Part shown: positions 19,509 to 30,575 of the stretch, in pieces
Layout: each line of letters opens with the position of its first letter
Numbering within the stretch: the first letter of the stretch is position 1
Source of the DNA: an uncultured Spirochaetaceae bacterium
Lineage (GTDB): Bacteria; Spirochaetota; Spirochaetia; Sphaerochaetales; Sphaerochaetaceae
Direction of reading: 5' to 3'
DNA length: 64,000 nt
Assembly (NCBI GenBank): GCA_944389085.1
Contig: CALXLB010000006.1
Coordinates: 2,953-66,952, forward strand
Made by a program: the position numbers and the translations under genes
Notes under the pieces: model-generated
The model's database searches: none
What the model saw: only the letters and a program-made list of their open reading frames with translations
What the model was told of the DNA's origin: nothing

Positions 19509-20845
19509 TATATCGTCCGCTTTTTCATTTTTCTGCCTCGAAGGGCTGGATAAACGATCCCAATGGTCTTGTTTTCTATAAGGGATATTATCATCTTTTC
19601 TTTCAGCATAATCCCGATTCGATAGTATGGGACAAGATGCACTGGGGGCATGCGATAAGCACTGATATGATTCATTGGCAGGAGCTTCCTATAGCACTTT
19701 ATCCCGAAGAAGATTATGAGAATGATGAGAACGGTGGCTGTTTCTCCGGTTCTGCTGTAGTTGTCGATGACAGGCTCTATCTTGTTTATACAGCAACATG
19801 CGGAGGTGTACAGAGTCAGTGCCTGGCTTATTCTGACGATGGCTTCAAATTTGAAAAATATAGTGGAAATCCTGTGATAATCCCAGCATCAGGCGTTCAT
19901 GATTCCCGAGACCCATATGTTTTCTCCTTGGATGGCAGATATAATCTGCTGTTGGGGTTCGATGGGCATATAGAACGTTATTCTTCCACAGATCTTAAAT
20001 TCTGGAAGAATGAAGGGACATTTTTCAGTTTTGGCAGGGAAACAGGAACAATAGCAGAATGTCCTTCAATCTTCAAAACAGGGGATTATTACTATCTGTC
20101 TTTTTCCCCTATATCATGCGGTACAGAGGGCTGTAATTCACTGTTTGTTGAAGGGACTATTGAAAACGGCAGGTTTGTGGAACACAGACGTTTTCCTGCA
20201 GATTGTGGTCCTGACTTCTACGCATTGCAGACTTTTCCGGATGAGAATGGAAACCGGATAGGGATGGCATGGGCTAATGGCTGGCCATGGATGAGGGACT
20301 TTGAAGGTTTTGGACCTACGGGGGCTGAAGGCTGGAGAGGTGCACTGACTTTCCCACGCATTTATTCCGTAAAGAATAACCATCTTTATTCCTATCCTGT
20401 ACCGGCTGCAGAGGCCTCTTACAAAGAGAAGATTATCGATAAGAAGATGGTTATAAGCAGAGAATATTCTAAGATTGCTGAGGCTGCTGATGTCTTCCAT
20501 CTTTCCCTTTCGCTTGATCCTGGCTGTGGTGATATGCCTTCTCTTGAGACTGGAATCTATGAAGACGGACAGACTAATCTGAGATTGCTTGTTGATTTCC
20601 GTAAGCTGGAAGCAGTCCTGCTGGAAGCAAAGGAGAATGGTGATATAATCAGGTTTTTCTCCGCACAGATTCCACAAGGGAAATTTTCCATCGATATTTT
20701 TGCAGATAGAGCATCAACCGAGATATACTTCAATAAAGGATTTTCATCCTTTTCAATAAATGCATACAGGATTGATGGCTTTACAGGGCCTTGGCTCAGA
20801 ACTCTTTCAGGTGAGATGGAGGTTGATGTGAAGCTTTTCATCTGA
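19496..20845 (+). CDS. GH32 beta-fructofuranosidase (intracellular type)
   Basis: Canonical WINDPNG, SRDPYVF and ECPSIF motifs. No signal peptide. Confidence 0.9.
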   Translation: MAKMIYRPLFHFSASKGWINDPNGLVFYKGYYHLFFQHNPDSIVWDKMHWGHAISTDMIHWQELPIALYPEEDYENDENGGCFSGSAVVVDDRLYLVYTATCGGVQSQCLAYSDDGFKFEKYSGNPVIIPASGVHDSRDPYVFSLDGRYNLLLGFDGHIERYSSTDLKFWKNEGTFFSFGRETGTIAECPSIFKTGDYYYLSFSPISCGTEGCNSLFVEGTIENGRFVEHRRFPADCGPDFYALQTFPDENGNRIGMAWANGWPWMRDFEGFGPTGAEGWRGALTFPRIYSVKNNHLYSYPVPAAEASYKEKIIDKKMVISREYSKIAEAADVFHLSLSLDPGCGDMPSLETGIYEDGQTNLRLLVDFRKLEAVLLEAKENGDIIRFFSAQIPQGKFSIDIFADRASTEIYFNKGFSSFSINAYRIDGFTGPWLRTLSGEMEVDVKLFI

Positions 20846-20855
20846 TGGAGGCGAT

Positions 20856-23258
20856 ATGAGATGGAACAGGCTTAGCAATCCGTGTCTTCCGCTAGGAGAG
20901 AAAGGTTGCCGTATTACAGCATCGGAGAATCATCTGAAACTGGCTCGCAGGGCCGCAGGAGAGGGTGCGGTCCTTCTTAAAAACAAAGATTCTGCCCTGC
21001 CGCTTTCCGGGAAAATTGCAGTATTCGGCAAAGGCATTGCTGATTACGTAAAAGGCGGTGGCGGAAGCGGAGATGTTACATGTGAATGGGTCCACAGCAT
21101 ACTTGATGGTCTTCGTGAAAAGGAGAGAGAAGGAAAGCTTTCTCTTTATGCTCCTCTTGCAGAGTATTACAGGGATTATGTTCAGAAGGAATATGCAAAA
21201 GGTGGCGTGCCCGGACTTATTGCGGAGGCGTCTTTTCCGGAGGCAGAAGCCGGGAAGGCTGCAGAAGCAGGAGCAAAGGCACTGATAGTCATAAGCAGAT
21301 TTTCCGGAGAGAGCTGGGACAGAGTTGCAGGTGGTTCTCCTATTTTCTCTGAGGAAGATTGGGCAAGAAGCCTTCTTGAAAAAGAAGCAGAGCTGTTTGA
21401 GCATGGTGACTTCTATCTCAGCGAGAAAGAAAGGGCTATGGTTGACTCTGTCCTCTCGATATTCGGCAGTGCTGTTGTTGCTTTGAATGTCGGAGGAATG
21501 ATTGATGTCTCTTGGATAGCCTCCGATGAGCGTATAAAAGGTGCTATTCAGTTCTTCCAAGGTGGTATGACCGGGGGCGATGCCGCTGCTGATATTCTTG
21601 CAGGAGATGCTGTTCCCTCTGGTCGTCTTACAGATACCTATGCCTCTTCGCTCTCTGATTATCCATCGACAGCAAATTTCCATGATTCGCTGACACATGT
21701 GGAATATACCGATGATATCTATGTCGGTTACCGTTATTTCTGGACAATTCCTGGAGCTGATGAAAGTATAATCTATCCATTCGGCTTCGGTCTGTCATAT
21801 ACCGAGTTCTCTCTTGTTAAGAAGGATTGCAAATATGAAAACGGCGAGATTACAGCTGTAATCGAAGTTGAAAACAAGGGAAGGTGCAATGGGCGCGATG
21901 TCATTGAGTTTTATGTGGATCTTCCTTCTGGCCGGCTTGATAAGCCGCATCGCGTTCTTGCTTCATTTGCAAAGACAAAGGAACTGAGGCCTGGGGAAAA
22001 AGAAGATCTTGCACTCAGCTTCAAGCTTTCTGATGTAGCAGAGTATGATGATGAAGGTGTGATAAGCGAAGCTTCATGGGTACTGGAGAAAGGAGAATAC
22101 ATCCTTCAGCTTACAGATGATGCTCTTTCATTTGCAGATATTCTTTCCATTACGCTTCCAGAGGACGAAATTGTAGAGAAGCTTTCTCATAAGCTTCAGC
22201 CATCAGCACTCTCTGAAAGGCTGAGAAGCGATGGACATTATGAAAAGGTGAAGAACATAACAAGGGATATTCCACGCTCTGTTTACCCTGAGCTGAAAGC
22301 AGGGGAGGAGTATATCTGTCCAGGAGAGCGGGCGCATATGCCTCTTTCTCTTCTGCAAAAGGCAGAAATGGAGAAGTCTTCCTTCGCCCGGGTAGCCGAA
22401 GGCAAGCTGACTCTTGATGAATTCGTTGATGCGCTGCCTCTTCCCGTCCTTGCTGATATCACAGGTGGACAGCCTAACAGAGGCATTGCCAATACGTATG
22501 GAATCGGTAATCAGCCTGAATATGGTATCCCTTCTGCCATGACAGCTGACGGGCCTGCTGGACTGAGGATTCTGCCTGAATGGGGTGTCTATACGACATC
22601 CTGGCCTTGTGCTACTCTCATTGCCTCATCATGGGATACAGAGCTTGCCGAAGAAATCGGAAAGGCTGTTGGAGAAGAGGTCAAAGAGAATGGTTTTGCC
22701 CTTTATCTTGCTCCTGCTGTAAACATTCATCGTTCCCCACTCTGCGGCAGGAATTTCGAGTATTATTCGGAAGATCCTCTGATTGCTGGCAAAATGGGTG
22801 CTGCAATGATCCGTGGTGTTCAGTCGAATGGGGTTGGAGCATGCATAAAGCACTTTGCTTTCAATAATAAGGAAACCAATCGCAAATCGAGTGATTCCAG
22901 AGTATCGGAAAGGGCAGCAAGAGAGATTTATCTGAAACAGTTCGAGATAGCTGTCAAAGAAGCAGATCCTGCTGCTGTCATGTCATCTTACAATATAGTG
23001 AATGGAGTCAGGGCTAGTGAGAATAAAGAGCTTCTGACAGATATCCTCCGTACTGAATGGGGCTTCAAGGGCTTTGTCTCCACGGACTGGTGGACACTGG
23101 GAGAACAGTATCTTGAGATTGCGGCAGGTAATGACCTGAAGATGGCATCAGGAAATCCGGAACGCGTTGTTGAAGCTGTGGAAAAAGGGCTGCTCTCTCT
23201 TGAGGATCTGAAGACAAGCGTGAAACGTATTCTGTCTTTCTTTTTCAGATTGGAGTGA
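20856..23258 (+). CDS. GH3 glycosidase with permuted domain order
   Basis: The N-terminal part resembles the GH3 alpha/beta-sandwich (LLKNKDSALPL...KIAVFG) and the FnIII-like junction (FGFGLSYTEF). The (beta/alpha)8 domain (KHFAFNN, GFVSTDWW nucleophile motif) lies at the C-terminus. Confidence 0.85.
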   Translation: MRWNRLSNPCLPLGEKGCRITASENHLKLARRAAGEGAVLLKNKDSALPLSGKIAVFGKGIADYVKGGGGSGDVTCEWVHSILDGLREKEREGKLSLYAPLAEYYRDYVQKEYAKGGVPGLIAEASFPEAEAGKAAEAGAKALIVISRFSGESWDRVAGGSPIFSEEDWARSLLEKEAELFEHGDFYLSEKERAMVDSVLSIFGSAVVALNVGGMIDVSWIASDERIKGAIQFFQGGMTGGDAAADILAGDAVPSGRLTDTYASSLSDYPSTANFHDSLTHVEYTDDIYVGYRYFWTIPGADESIIYPFGFGLSYTEFSLVKKDCKYENGEITAVIEVENKGRCNGRDVIEFYVDLPSGRLDKPHRVLASFAKTKELRPGEKEDLALSFKLSDVAEYDDEGVISEASWVLEKGEYILQLTDDALSFADILSITLPEDEIVEKLSHKLQPSALSERLRSDGHYEKVKNITRDIPRSVYPELKAGEEYICPGERAHMPLSLLQKAEMEKSSFARVAEGKLTLDEFVDALPLPVLADITGGQPNRGIANTYGIGNQPEYGIPSAMTADGPAGLRILPEWGVYTTSWPCATLIASSWDTELAEEIGKAVGEEVKENGFALYLAPAVNIHRSPLCGRNFEYYSEDPLIAGKMGAAMIRGVQSNGVGACIKHFAFNNKETNRKSSDSRVSERAAREIYLKQFEIAVKEADPAAVMSSYNIVNGVRASENKELLTDILRTEWGFKGFVSTDWWTLGEQYLEIAAGNDLKMASGNPERVVEAVEKGLLSLEDLKTSVKRILSFFFRLE

Positions 23259-23282
23259 TATTGGAATCGAGGTAGATGCTGA

Positions 23283-23696
23283 ATGTGGCTTATCTTCGCT
23301 TTGCTGTCATCAATATTTGCAGCTCTTACTTCGATTCTCGCAAAAGTCGGAATCAATGGTGTTGATTCGACGCTTGCTACCGCAATAAGGACTATCGTTG
23401 TGCTTGTCGCATCATGGGCAATGGTGCTTGTGACGGGCTGTGGCCATGGAATACATGGCCTCAGTACAAAAAGCTGGCTTTTCCTTATTCTCTCAGGTCT
23501 TGCGACAGGGGTTTCGTGGCTTTGCTATTATAAAGCTTTGCAGATTGGTGAAGTTGCAAAAGTTGCCTCTGTCGACAAGCTGAGTATTGTATTCACTATC
23601 ATTTTTGCTTGCATCTTTCTGCATGAAAGCCTGACATGGAAGAGTGTGCTTGGCATGTTGCTGATAGCTTCTGGTACTATTCTCATGGTTCTGTGA
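23283..23696 (+). CDS. Half-size EamA-domain transporter
   Basis: 137 aa, 4-5 TM, single EamA-like repeat. Confidence 0.65.
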   Translation: MWLIFALLSSIFAALTSILAKVGINGVDSTLATAIRTIVVLVASWAMVLVTGCGHGIHGLSTKSWLFLILSGLATGVSWLCYYKALQIGEVAKVASVDKLSIVFTIIFACIFLHESLTWKSVLGMLLIASGTILMVL

Positions 23697-23708
23697 TAGG
23701 ATTGATTT

Positions 23709-24104
23709 ATGAAGCGATTTATGTGGATTGTATTATTCATTTTGCTTTTTTTCCCTTCTTGTCCTTATGAGGAGCCTCAGTTCGAACTGGTTGGAGAAGA
23801 AAAGGCTGTCATGCAATCAATTAAAGAGAATGCATTCTCTGCCTTCACAAGCTTCAGCAAGGGCACGGAAACAAAGACATTTGAGGCCGCTTTCGGATAT
23901 ACAGGTAAAGCTACTATGACAGTTTCCAGCGAGATGGATTGGATTCTCACAATTGAAGCGGAGAATCTCAATGATACAATCATCTTCTCAATTTCATCTT
24001 TTGCAAGTGAAGTTCTTTTTAAGATAAACGTCTCAGGGCCATATATGGCAGAAAAGGATGTGCTCATGGAACATGTCGATATGCCGGAGTATGTTGGTCG
24101 TTAG
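23709..24104 (+). CDS. Hypothetical lipoprotein
   Basis: Signal peptide with Cys (LLFFPSCPY). Confidence 0.45.
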   Translation: MKRFMWIVLFILLFFPSCPYEEPQFELVGEEKAVMQSIKENAFSAFTSFSKGTETKTFEAAFGYTGKATMTVSSEMDWILTIEAENLNDTIIFSISSFASEVLFKINVSGPYMAEKDVLMEHVDMPEYVGR

Positions 24105-24164
24105 GTGATGCTTTCCTTCAAACAGACAGTTCCTGCCCTTTCTCGATTTTCAGGAGGTAGGAAC

Positions 24165-24411
24165 ATGTTCTCTGAAAGTATCTTTCAGTTGGGTAAAATA
24201 AGCCAGATAGAAGCAGTGTCAGCAATATCCTTTTTGCTTGGATGCTACTAAGCCTGAAAGACATTCAGATAGTAAATTGATTGTTATTCTCAATGATTCT
24301 GATAAAGTACCAAGTAGTGTTTCGGAAGCCTTTAACAACTATGGTATTGACTGTATTCTTTGGAGCGAATGTGACAAAGAAGAAAATATCAGTTTGCTTA
24401 GTGCTTTCTGA
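24165..24411 (+). pseudogene. Small gene apparently frameshifted after 28 codons
   Basis: GGAGG lies 7 nt before ATG 24165, and a stop falls at 24249-24251. The +1 frame continues open (from the stop at 24208) to a stop at 24409-24411, immediately before a terminator. A T5 run sits at 24231-24235. Confidence 0.3.
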
Positions 24412-24413
24412 GT

Positions 24414-24452
24414 AAAAAAGCACTCAGAGGATAGTTCCAATGAGTGCTTTTT
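24414..24452. terminator. Bidirectional rho-independent terminator
   Basis: A6 tract, stem AGCACTCA (24419-24426) / TGAGTGCT (24441-24448), then a T5 tract. Sits between convergent genes (leuS stop at 24470). Confidence 0.7.
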
Positions 24453-24469
24453 CAGATTCTGATGTCTGA

Positions 24470-26983
24470 TTATTTCACAACGATATTCACCAGCTTTCCA
24501 GGAACGACAATTTCCTTTACAACGGTCTTTCCATCTGTCCAGCTCTGGATTTTCTCATTGCTCTTTGCAGCATTGAGCATCTCGTCTTTTGTTGCTGAGC
24601 GTGGAAGCTGTAGCTTTGCCCTGACTTTGCCATTGATCTGTACGACAATTTCAATCTCATCATCGACAGTCTTTGCTTCGTCATATTCAGGCCACTTTGC
24701 ATGAGCAACCGATGGTTCGTGTCCCAGCATCTGCCAGAGTTCTTCAGCAAGGTGCGGTGTATAAGGAGAAAGAAGGAGAGTGAGCATCTCCAGAGCTTTT
24801 TTGGGTACGACATCAAGCTTGTTGAGCTCATTCACGAAGACCATCATCTGGCTGATAGCTGTATTGAATGCAAGCGTCTCTGTATCTTCCGTGACCTTCT
24901 TGATTGTCTTGTTGAGAAGCTTGTCGATATCAGCAGAGAGCTCGATGTCTTCCACCTTCTTCTCTGTTGCAATTCTCCAGATTCTGTCGAGGAAGCGATA
25001 GACGCCGATGAATCCATTTGTTGCCCATGGCTTTGATTCTCTCAGAGGTCCCATGAACATCTCATACATTCTGACGCTGTCTGCACCATAGTTCTGGATG
25101 AAGTCGTCAGGATTGATGACGTTCTTCAGCGATTTTGACATCTTGGCGATAACCTGAGTCAGTTCTTCTCCTGTCTCTTTGTCGTAGTACTTTCCATCTT
25201 TCTCTTCGACAAGATCTGTCGGTACAAGGCTCTTGTTTGCCTTCTGATAAGCGAATGATGTAATCATTCCCTGATTGACAAGAGCGTGGAATGGTTCCGG
25301 TGTTGAGACAACACCCAGATCATAGAGCACTTTGTGCCAGAATCTGGAGTAGAGGAGGTGGAGAACTGCATGCTCTGCTCCACCGACGTAGAGATCTACA
25401 GGCATCCAGTATTTTTCTTTTGCAGGATCCACAAATACCTTGTCATTGTGTGGATCGATGTATCTGAGATAATACCAGCATGATCCTGCCCACTGAGGCA
25501 TTGTATTGGTCTCTCTCTTCGCATCTCCACCGCACTTAGGGCATTTGCAGTTCACCCAGCTCTCTACATTTGCAAGAGGGGATTCTCCGGTTCCTGTAGG
25601 TTCATATTTATCGACTTCAGGAAGAGTAAGAGGAAGCTCGTCTTCCGGTACGAGGACGGTGCCGCAGTGAGGGCAGTGGATGAGAGGAATTGGTTCTCCC
25701 CAGTATCTCTGACGTGAGAATACCCAGTCGCGGAGTTTGTAGTTGATAGCTTTATGGCCATAACCATTCTTCTCAAGGAACTCAAGCATTTTCTTGATTG
25801 CATCTTCCTTGTTCAGTCCATCAAGCCATTCGGAGTTGACGTGGATTCCATCTTCTGTCCAGGCTTCCTGCTGTACGTCTACCTTGCCTTTGAGTACTTC
25901 GATGATTGGAAGGTTGAATTTCTTGGCAAATTCCCAGTCTCTTGTATCATGGGCAGGAACAGCCATGATTGCACCGGTGCCATAACTGATAAGCACGTAG
26001 TCAGCAATCCAGATAGGAATCTTCTTGCCGTTTACAGGATTGATTGCATAAGAACCTGAGAATACACCTGTCTTCTCTTTTGCAAGGTCTGTGCGCTCGA
26101 GATCAGACTTATGCTTTACTTCATCGAGATATTTCTCGACTTCAGCTTTCTGCTCAGGTGTAGTCAGCTTAGCAACAAGCGGATGCTCCGGGGCTATTAC
26201 CATATATGTGGCACCGAAGAGAGTATCGCAGCGTGTTGTGTAGACTTCCAGTTTGTCTCCAGTGTTTTCCACTGTGAAGAATACTGCTGCTCCCTCAGAT
26301 TTACCGATCCAGTTGCGCTGCATTGCTTTTACGGACTCAGGCCAGTCGAGGTTATCAAGTCCTTCGAGGAGTTTATCTGCATAGGCTGTAATGCGGAGCA
26401 TCCACTGCCTGATGTTCTTCTTCTCGACTTTCTCACCGCAGCGCTCGCATCTGCCTTCTTTGACTTCTTCATTAGCAAGTCCTGTCTTGCAGCTTGGACA
26501 CCAGTTGATAGGAGTTACGGCTTCATAAGCCAATCCTTTTTCATAGAGCTTCTCGAAAATCCACTGAGTCCAGTGGTAGTAGTCAGGTTCACAAGTGGAG
26601 ACTTCCCTGTCCCAGTCATAAGAGAATCCAAGGCTCTTGATCTGGCGGCGGAATGTGTCGATGATTTTCTTTGTAGTCTCCCAAGGATGTGTACCTGTCT
26701 TGATGGCATAGTTCTCTGCTGGAAGTCCGAAAGAGTCGAATCCCATCGGATGAAGTACGTTGTAGCCTCTCATCCTGAGATATCGTGAATAGATATCTGT
26801 AGCTGTATATCCTTCAGGATGTCCTACATGAAGTCCCGCCCCCGATGGATATGGAAACATATCCAGAACATATTTTCTCTTCTCTTCTGGAATTGATTCA
26901 TCTTCAACAGCACGGAATGTCTTGTGCTCTTCCCAGTACTTCTGCCACTTAGGCTCTATCTCATTGAATGGATACCTGCTCAT
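24470..26983 (-). CDS. leuS: Leucine--tRNA ligase
   Basis: 837 aa with a HVGHPEGY (HIGH) motif, a KMSKS motif and the CP1 editing domain. Confidence 0.97.
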   Translation of the reverse strand: MSRYPFNEIEPKWQKYWEEHKTFRAVEDESIPEEKRKYVLDMFPYPSGAGLHVGHPEGYTATDIYSRYLRMRGYNVLHPMGFDSFGLPAENYAIKTGTHPWETTKKIIDTFRRQIKSLGFSYDWDREVSTCEPDYYHWTQWIFEKLYEKGLAYEAVTPINWCPSCKTGLANEEVKEGRCERCGEKVEKKNIRQWMLRITAYADKLLEGLDNLDWPESVKAMQRNWIGKSEGAAVFFTVENTGDKLEVYTTRCDTLFGATYMVIAPEHPLVAKLTTPEQKAEVEKYLDEVKHKSDLERTDLAKEKTGVFSGSYAINPVNGKKIPIWIADYVLISYGTGAIMAVPAHDTRDWEFAKKFNLPIIEVLKGKVDVQQEAWTEDGIHVNSEWLDGLNKEDAIKKMLEFLEKNGYGHKAINYKLRDWVFSRQRYWGEPIPLIHCPHCGTVLVPEDELPLTLPEVDKYEPTGTGESPLANVESWVNCKCPKCGGDAKRETNTMPQWAGSCWYYLRYIDPHNDKVFVDPAKEKYWMPVDLYVGGAEHAVLHLLYSRFWHKVLYDLGVVSTPEPFHALVNQGMITSFAYQKANKSLVPTDLVEEKDGKYYDKETGEELTQVIAKMSKSLKNVINPDDFIQNYGADSVRMYEMFMGPLRESKPWATNGFIGVYRFLDRIWRIATEKKVEDIELSADIDKLLNKTIKKVTEDTETLAFNTAISQMMVFVNELNKLDVVPKKALEMLTLLLSPYTPHLAEELWQMLGHEPSVAHAKWPEYDEAKTVDDEIEIVVQINGKVRAKLQLPRSATKDEMLNAAKSNEKIQSWTDGKTVVKEIVVPGKLVNIVVK

Positions 26984-27141
26984 ATGGCTGAGGATATCAC
27001 TAAAGGGTGAGAAAAGGCTATATTTGACATGCGGCTAAAACATAAATGACATTCACTTTAGATCTGGACCGCATAAATCTTTCTCAGCCCGTCAGTATTC
27101 GATGTTGCGGAATTATTCACAACACCAAATAATTTTAACAA

Positions 27142-27729
27142 TCAATCGTTTACGGTGAATGTCAGCGTATGTTCTCCAAGTGTTATATGGAAAACGAGAT
27201 CACCATCCATTTTGAGAACTGCGTTTGGAAGTTTTGCGCCAAAAACATAATGGCCAGTATAAAGAGGAAGGATATCGAAGCGATCGGGCTCTGCAATGAA
27301 TGAATAGTGGCTGATCAGCTTGCTTCCTCCTCCAAGACCCCCATCTATAATGTTGTCATATGTATTGTCCCAGTTGAACTGTTCTGCGAAACCCTGAAAA
27401 GAATATTTATCGTTAAATGTCGCTGTTACTTTGATATCTTCCAGAAAATCGACAGGGACCAGCTGCAGATTGATTATATCAACTATCAGTGCATAATATT
27501 CCGCATCGGCACCTGAATTATATTTGACATTTTCTGACCAAGAATAGCTCATTGCAGTTGCATCTTCTTTGTAACTATTCATATGGTCCGCTATCTTCGC
27601 TTCAGTCACAGTAATGATTGCATAATCATCTATGGTCACGGCATTGCCGGCTTTCAGCTCTGTCTCCGCTGCGGACAAACATGCAATAAGCAAAACAGAC
27701 AACACAAGAAAAGAAATGAATTTTCTCAT
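27142..27729 (-). CDS. Hypothetical lipoprotein
   Basis: Signal peptide LLIACLSA followed by beta-rich sequence. Confidence 0.5.
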   Translation of the reverse strand: MRKFISFLVLSVLLIACLSAAETELKAGNAVTIDDYAIITVTEAKIADHMNSYKEDATAMSYSWSENVKYNSGADAEYYALIVDIINLQLVPVDFLEDIKVTATFNDKYSFQGFAEQFNWDNTYDNIIDGGLGGGSKLISHYSFIAEPDRFDILPLYTGHYVFGAKLPNAVLKMDGDLVFHITLGEHTLTFTVND

Positions 27730-27837
27730 AGTTCCCCCTTTTCTTTAAGTATAACACATGGTGGCCTGATTTCCAGAAAGGAATGATAGTTCGAGGCTGT
27801 GTTAAAATAATAACATTAAAGTTTTATTCTTAACATG

Positions 27838-27867
27838 TTGACATAATACTAACTTAAGCTCTATTAT
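27838..27867 (+). promoter_or_regulatory. Candidate promoter of the amino-acid ABC operon
   Basis: TTGACA at 27838-27843, an 18-nt spacer, then TATTAT at 27862-27867. Confidence 0.4.
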
Positions 27868-27896
27868 CCAGCCATGTTGTTCAAGGAGGACTTGAT

Positions 27897-28748
27897 ATGA
27901 GACTCAGAAAGATTGCTGCTATTGCTGTAGCTATGATGCTTTGTGTTACTGCGGTTTTCGCAGGTGGAAATAATGAGGAGACTGTATCTGCATCTGGACG
28001 CCCTGTGCTCCGTGTTGCTATGGAATGCGGATATGCTCCTTATAACTGGACTCAGACAACTGATGCAAATGGAGCTGTTCCTATTGCAGACTCCAATGAT
28101 TATGCATATGGCTATGACGTAATGATGGCAAAGCTTATTGCAGAGCGTCTTGGTTATGATCTCCAGATTGTAAAGCTTGACTGGGATTCTCTTGTTCCTG
28201 CAGTTCTTTCAGGCACTGTTGATTGTGCTATCGCAGGTCAGTCCATCACTTCAGAGCGCCTTCAGATGGTTGATTTCACAGATCCCTATTATTATGCTTC
28301 CATCATCTGTCTTGTAAATGAAGGCAGCAAGTATGAGAATGCACAGGGCGTACAGGATCTTGCAGGGGCAACATGCACAAGCCAGCTTGGTACAGTCTGG
28401 TATGATGTCTGTCTTCCACAGATTCCAAACGCTAACATTCTTCCTGCACAGGAAAGTGCTCCTGCAATGCTTGTGGCACTTGCCAGCGGCAGAGTCGATC
28501 TTGTCTGTACAGATATGCCTACTGGCCAGGCAGCTCTTGTAGCTTATCCTCAGATGAGACTTCTCGATTTCTCTGGTTCTGCTGATGATTTCCAGGTCAG
28601 TCAGGAAGAGATCAATATCGGTATATCAGTGAGAAAAGGAAATACTGAGCTTCTTGATGGTATCAACAGTGTACTGTCAACGCTTACTGTAGATGACTTC
28701 AACAGAATGATGGATGAAGCTATCTCAGTCCAGCCTCTTGCTCAGTGA
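27897..28748 (+). CDS. Polar amino-acid ABC transporter substrate-binding protein
   Basis: Family-3 SBP pattern (YAPYNW, DCAIAGQSIT.ER). Confidence 0.85.
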   Translation: MRLRKIAAIAVAMMLCVTAVFAGGNNEETVSASGRPVLRVAMECGYAPYNWTQTTDANGAVPIADSNDYAYGYDVMMAKLIAERLGYDLQIVKLDWDSLVPAVLSGTVDCAIAGQSITSERLQMVDFTDPYYYASIICLVNEGSKYENAQGVQDLAGATCTSQLGTVWYDVCLPQIPNANILPAQESAPAMLVALASGRVDLVCTDMPTGQAALVAYPQMRLLDFSGSADDFQVSQEEINIGISVRKGNTELLDGINSVLSTLTVDDFNRMMDEAISVQPLAQ

Positions 28749-28761
28749 TTTTGGTGGTGAA

Positions 28762-29562
28762 ATGACAATTGCTGAAATGAATTTCTTTCAGAGGATGATC
28801 TATATCCTCCAGCAGTATGGCGGTTCTCTCGTAAAGGGAGCCGCCACAACTATGGCTATAGCTATCATATGTACTCTTTTGGGATGCGTGATTGGCTTTG
28901 CTGTAGGTCTCGTGCAGACAACGGAGCCCCATAAGAAGGATGGTCTTCTTAAGAGGGGTATTCTGCGTGTTGTAAAGTTTATCCTCACAGCTTATGTAGA
29001 AGTTTTCAGGGGAACGCCTATGATGCTTCAGGCAGCTTTCATCTACTATGGTATGAGCCAGCTCTTTGGTATCAACCTGGGAATGTGGAGTGCCGCAATC
29101 ATCATTGTGTCTGTAAATACTGGAGCTTATATGGCAGAGACTGTCCGTGGTGGTATTCTCTCAGTCGATCCTGGTCAGAGAGAGGGGGCAAGAGCTATCG
29201 GTATGTCACATTTCCAGACCATGCTTCTTGTCATACTTCCACAGGCTCTGAGAAATATCATGCCGCAGATTGGCAACAACCTGATTATCAACATCAAGGA
29301 TACCTGTGTACTTTCAATCATCGGTACTGTAGAGCTCTTCTTCACATTCAAGAGTATCTCCGGTGCTCTCTATACTTACTTCGAGGCTGCTACTGTCACG
29401 ATGATCATCTATTTCGTCCTGACATTCGCTTGTTCCCGTATCCTACGCTATGTTGAATCCAGAATGGATGGTCCTTCGAATTTCGATCTTGCAACAACAG
29501 ATACTCTGGCGTTCACAAGCGGGCTGACAAAGTATAATGCCAAGAAGGGAGGTACTTTCTGA
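28762..29562 (+). CDS. Polar amino-acid ABC transporter permease
   Basis: ATG 28762 lies just after the SBP stop. The HisM/GlnP-type EAA region [17 protein letters not shown] is present. Confidence 0.85.
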   Translation: MTIAEMNFFQRMIYILQQYGGSLVKGAATTMAIAIICTLLGCVIGFAVGLVQTTEPHKKDGLLKRGILRVVKFILTAYVEVFRGTPMMLQAAFIYYGMSQLFGINLGMWSAAIIIVSVNTGAYMAETVRGGILSVDPGQREGARAIGMSHFQTMLLVILPQALRNIMPQIGNNLIINIKDTCVLSIIGTVELFFTFKSISGALYTYFEAATVTMIIYFVLTFACSRILRYVESRMDGPSNFDLATTDTLAFTSGLTKYNAKKGGTF

Positions 29563-30299
29563 TGGAAGAGATTCTGAAGATAGAACACCTTGTAAAGACA
29601 TTCGGTACTAATGAGGTTCTCAAGGATATAGATTTTACCGTCTCCAAGGGTAATGTAATCAGTATCATCGGTGCTTCCGGGTCTGGTAAATCCACACTTC
29701 TGAGATGTATCAACATGCTTGAGGAAGCAACAGGCGGAAAGATTCTTTATCACGGAAAGGATATCCTTTCAGGTGAAGTTGATGAGGATAAATACCGCAC
29801 AAAAGTCGGTATGGTTTTCCAGTCATTCAATCTTTTCAATAATTATTCTGTTCTTGATAACTGTATTCTTGGTCAGACACATGTTCTGAAAAGAAACAAG
29901 GAAGAGGCAAAAGCCAAGGCTATTGAATATCTCTCGAAAGTAGGTATGGCCCAGTATATCAAGGCAAAGCCACGTCAGCTTTCCGGTGGGCAGAAACAGC
30001 GTGTTGCCATTGCTCGTGCTCTGGCAATGGATCCTGAGGTTCTGCTTTTTGATGAACCGACATCTGCACTTGATCCGGAGATGGTTGGAGAAGTCCTCGA
30101 TGTCATGAAGGATCTGGCAGAAGGCGGTATGACCATGCTTGTGGTGACGCATGAGATGGCATTTGCCCGTGATGTCTCCAACAGGGTGATTTATATGGCT
30201 GATGGACGCATAGAGGAAGAGGGGAGTCCGAAAGATATATTCTATAACCCGCAGAGTCCTAGGACGAAAGAGTTCCTCTCCAGATTTACAGCTAACTGA
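29562..30299 (+). CDS. Polar amino-acid ABC transporter ATP-binding protein
   Basis: Walker [10 protein letters not shown], signature LSGGQKQR and Walker [12 protein letters not shown]. Confidence 0.9.
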   Translation: MEEILKIEHLVKTFGTNEVLKDIDFTVSKGNVISIIGASGSGKSTLLRCINMLEEATGGKILYHGKDILSGEVDEDKYRTKVGMVFQSFNLFNNYSVLDNCILGQTHVLKRNKEEAKAKAIEYLSKVGMAQYIKAKPRQLSGGQKQRVAIARALAMDPEVLLFDEPTSALDPEMVGEVLDVMKDLAEGGMTMLVVTHEMAFARDVSNRVIYMADGRIEEEGSPKDIFYNPQSPRTKEFLSRFTAN

Positions 30300-30575
30300 G
30301 CACAGGCCGCTTCTGAAAGGAAGCGGTCAGTTAACAAAATACAGATCCTCTCCCGATATTTCATTTATGTCATTGGATTTCCCTTCAAATCCTGAACCGG
30401 AGATAATCCCAAAACTTTTCACGTCAAGACCTTTATTTCACATCCATCCGTTGTTTCAGCAGCAACATCGAATTCGCCATTTTTCCTGTCATCATATCAG
30501 TATGTGCCTATTTTCAGGATATCATCCCGCTTCTCTTTCTGTGAGAGTATTGCGAACCAGGAGGCTGCGATACTC

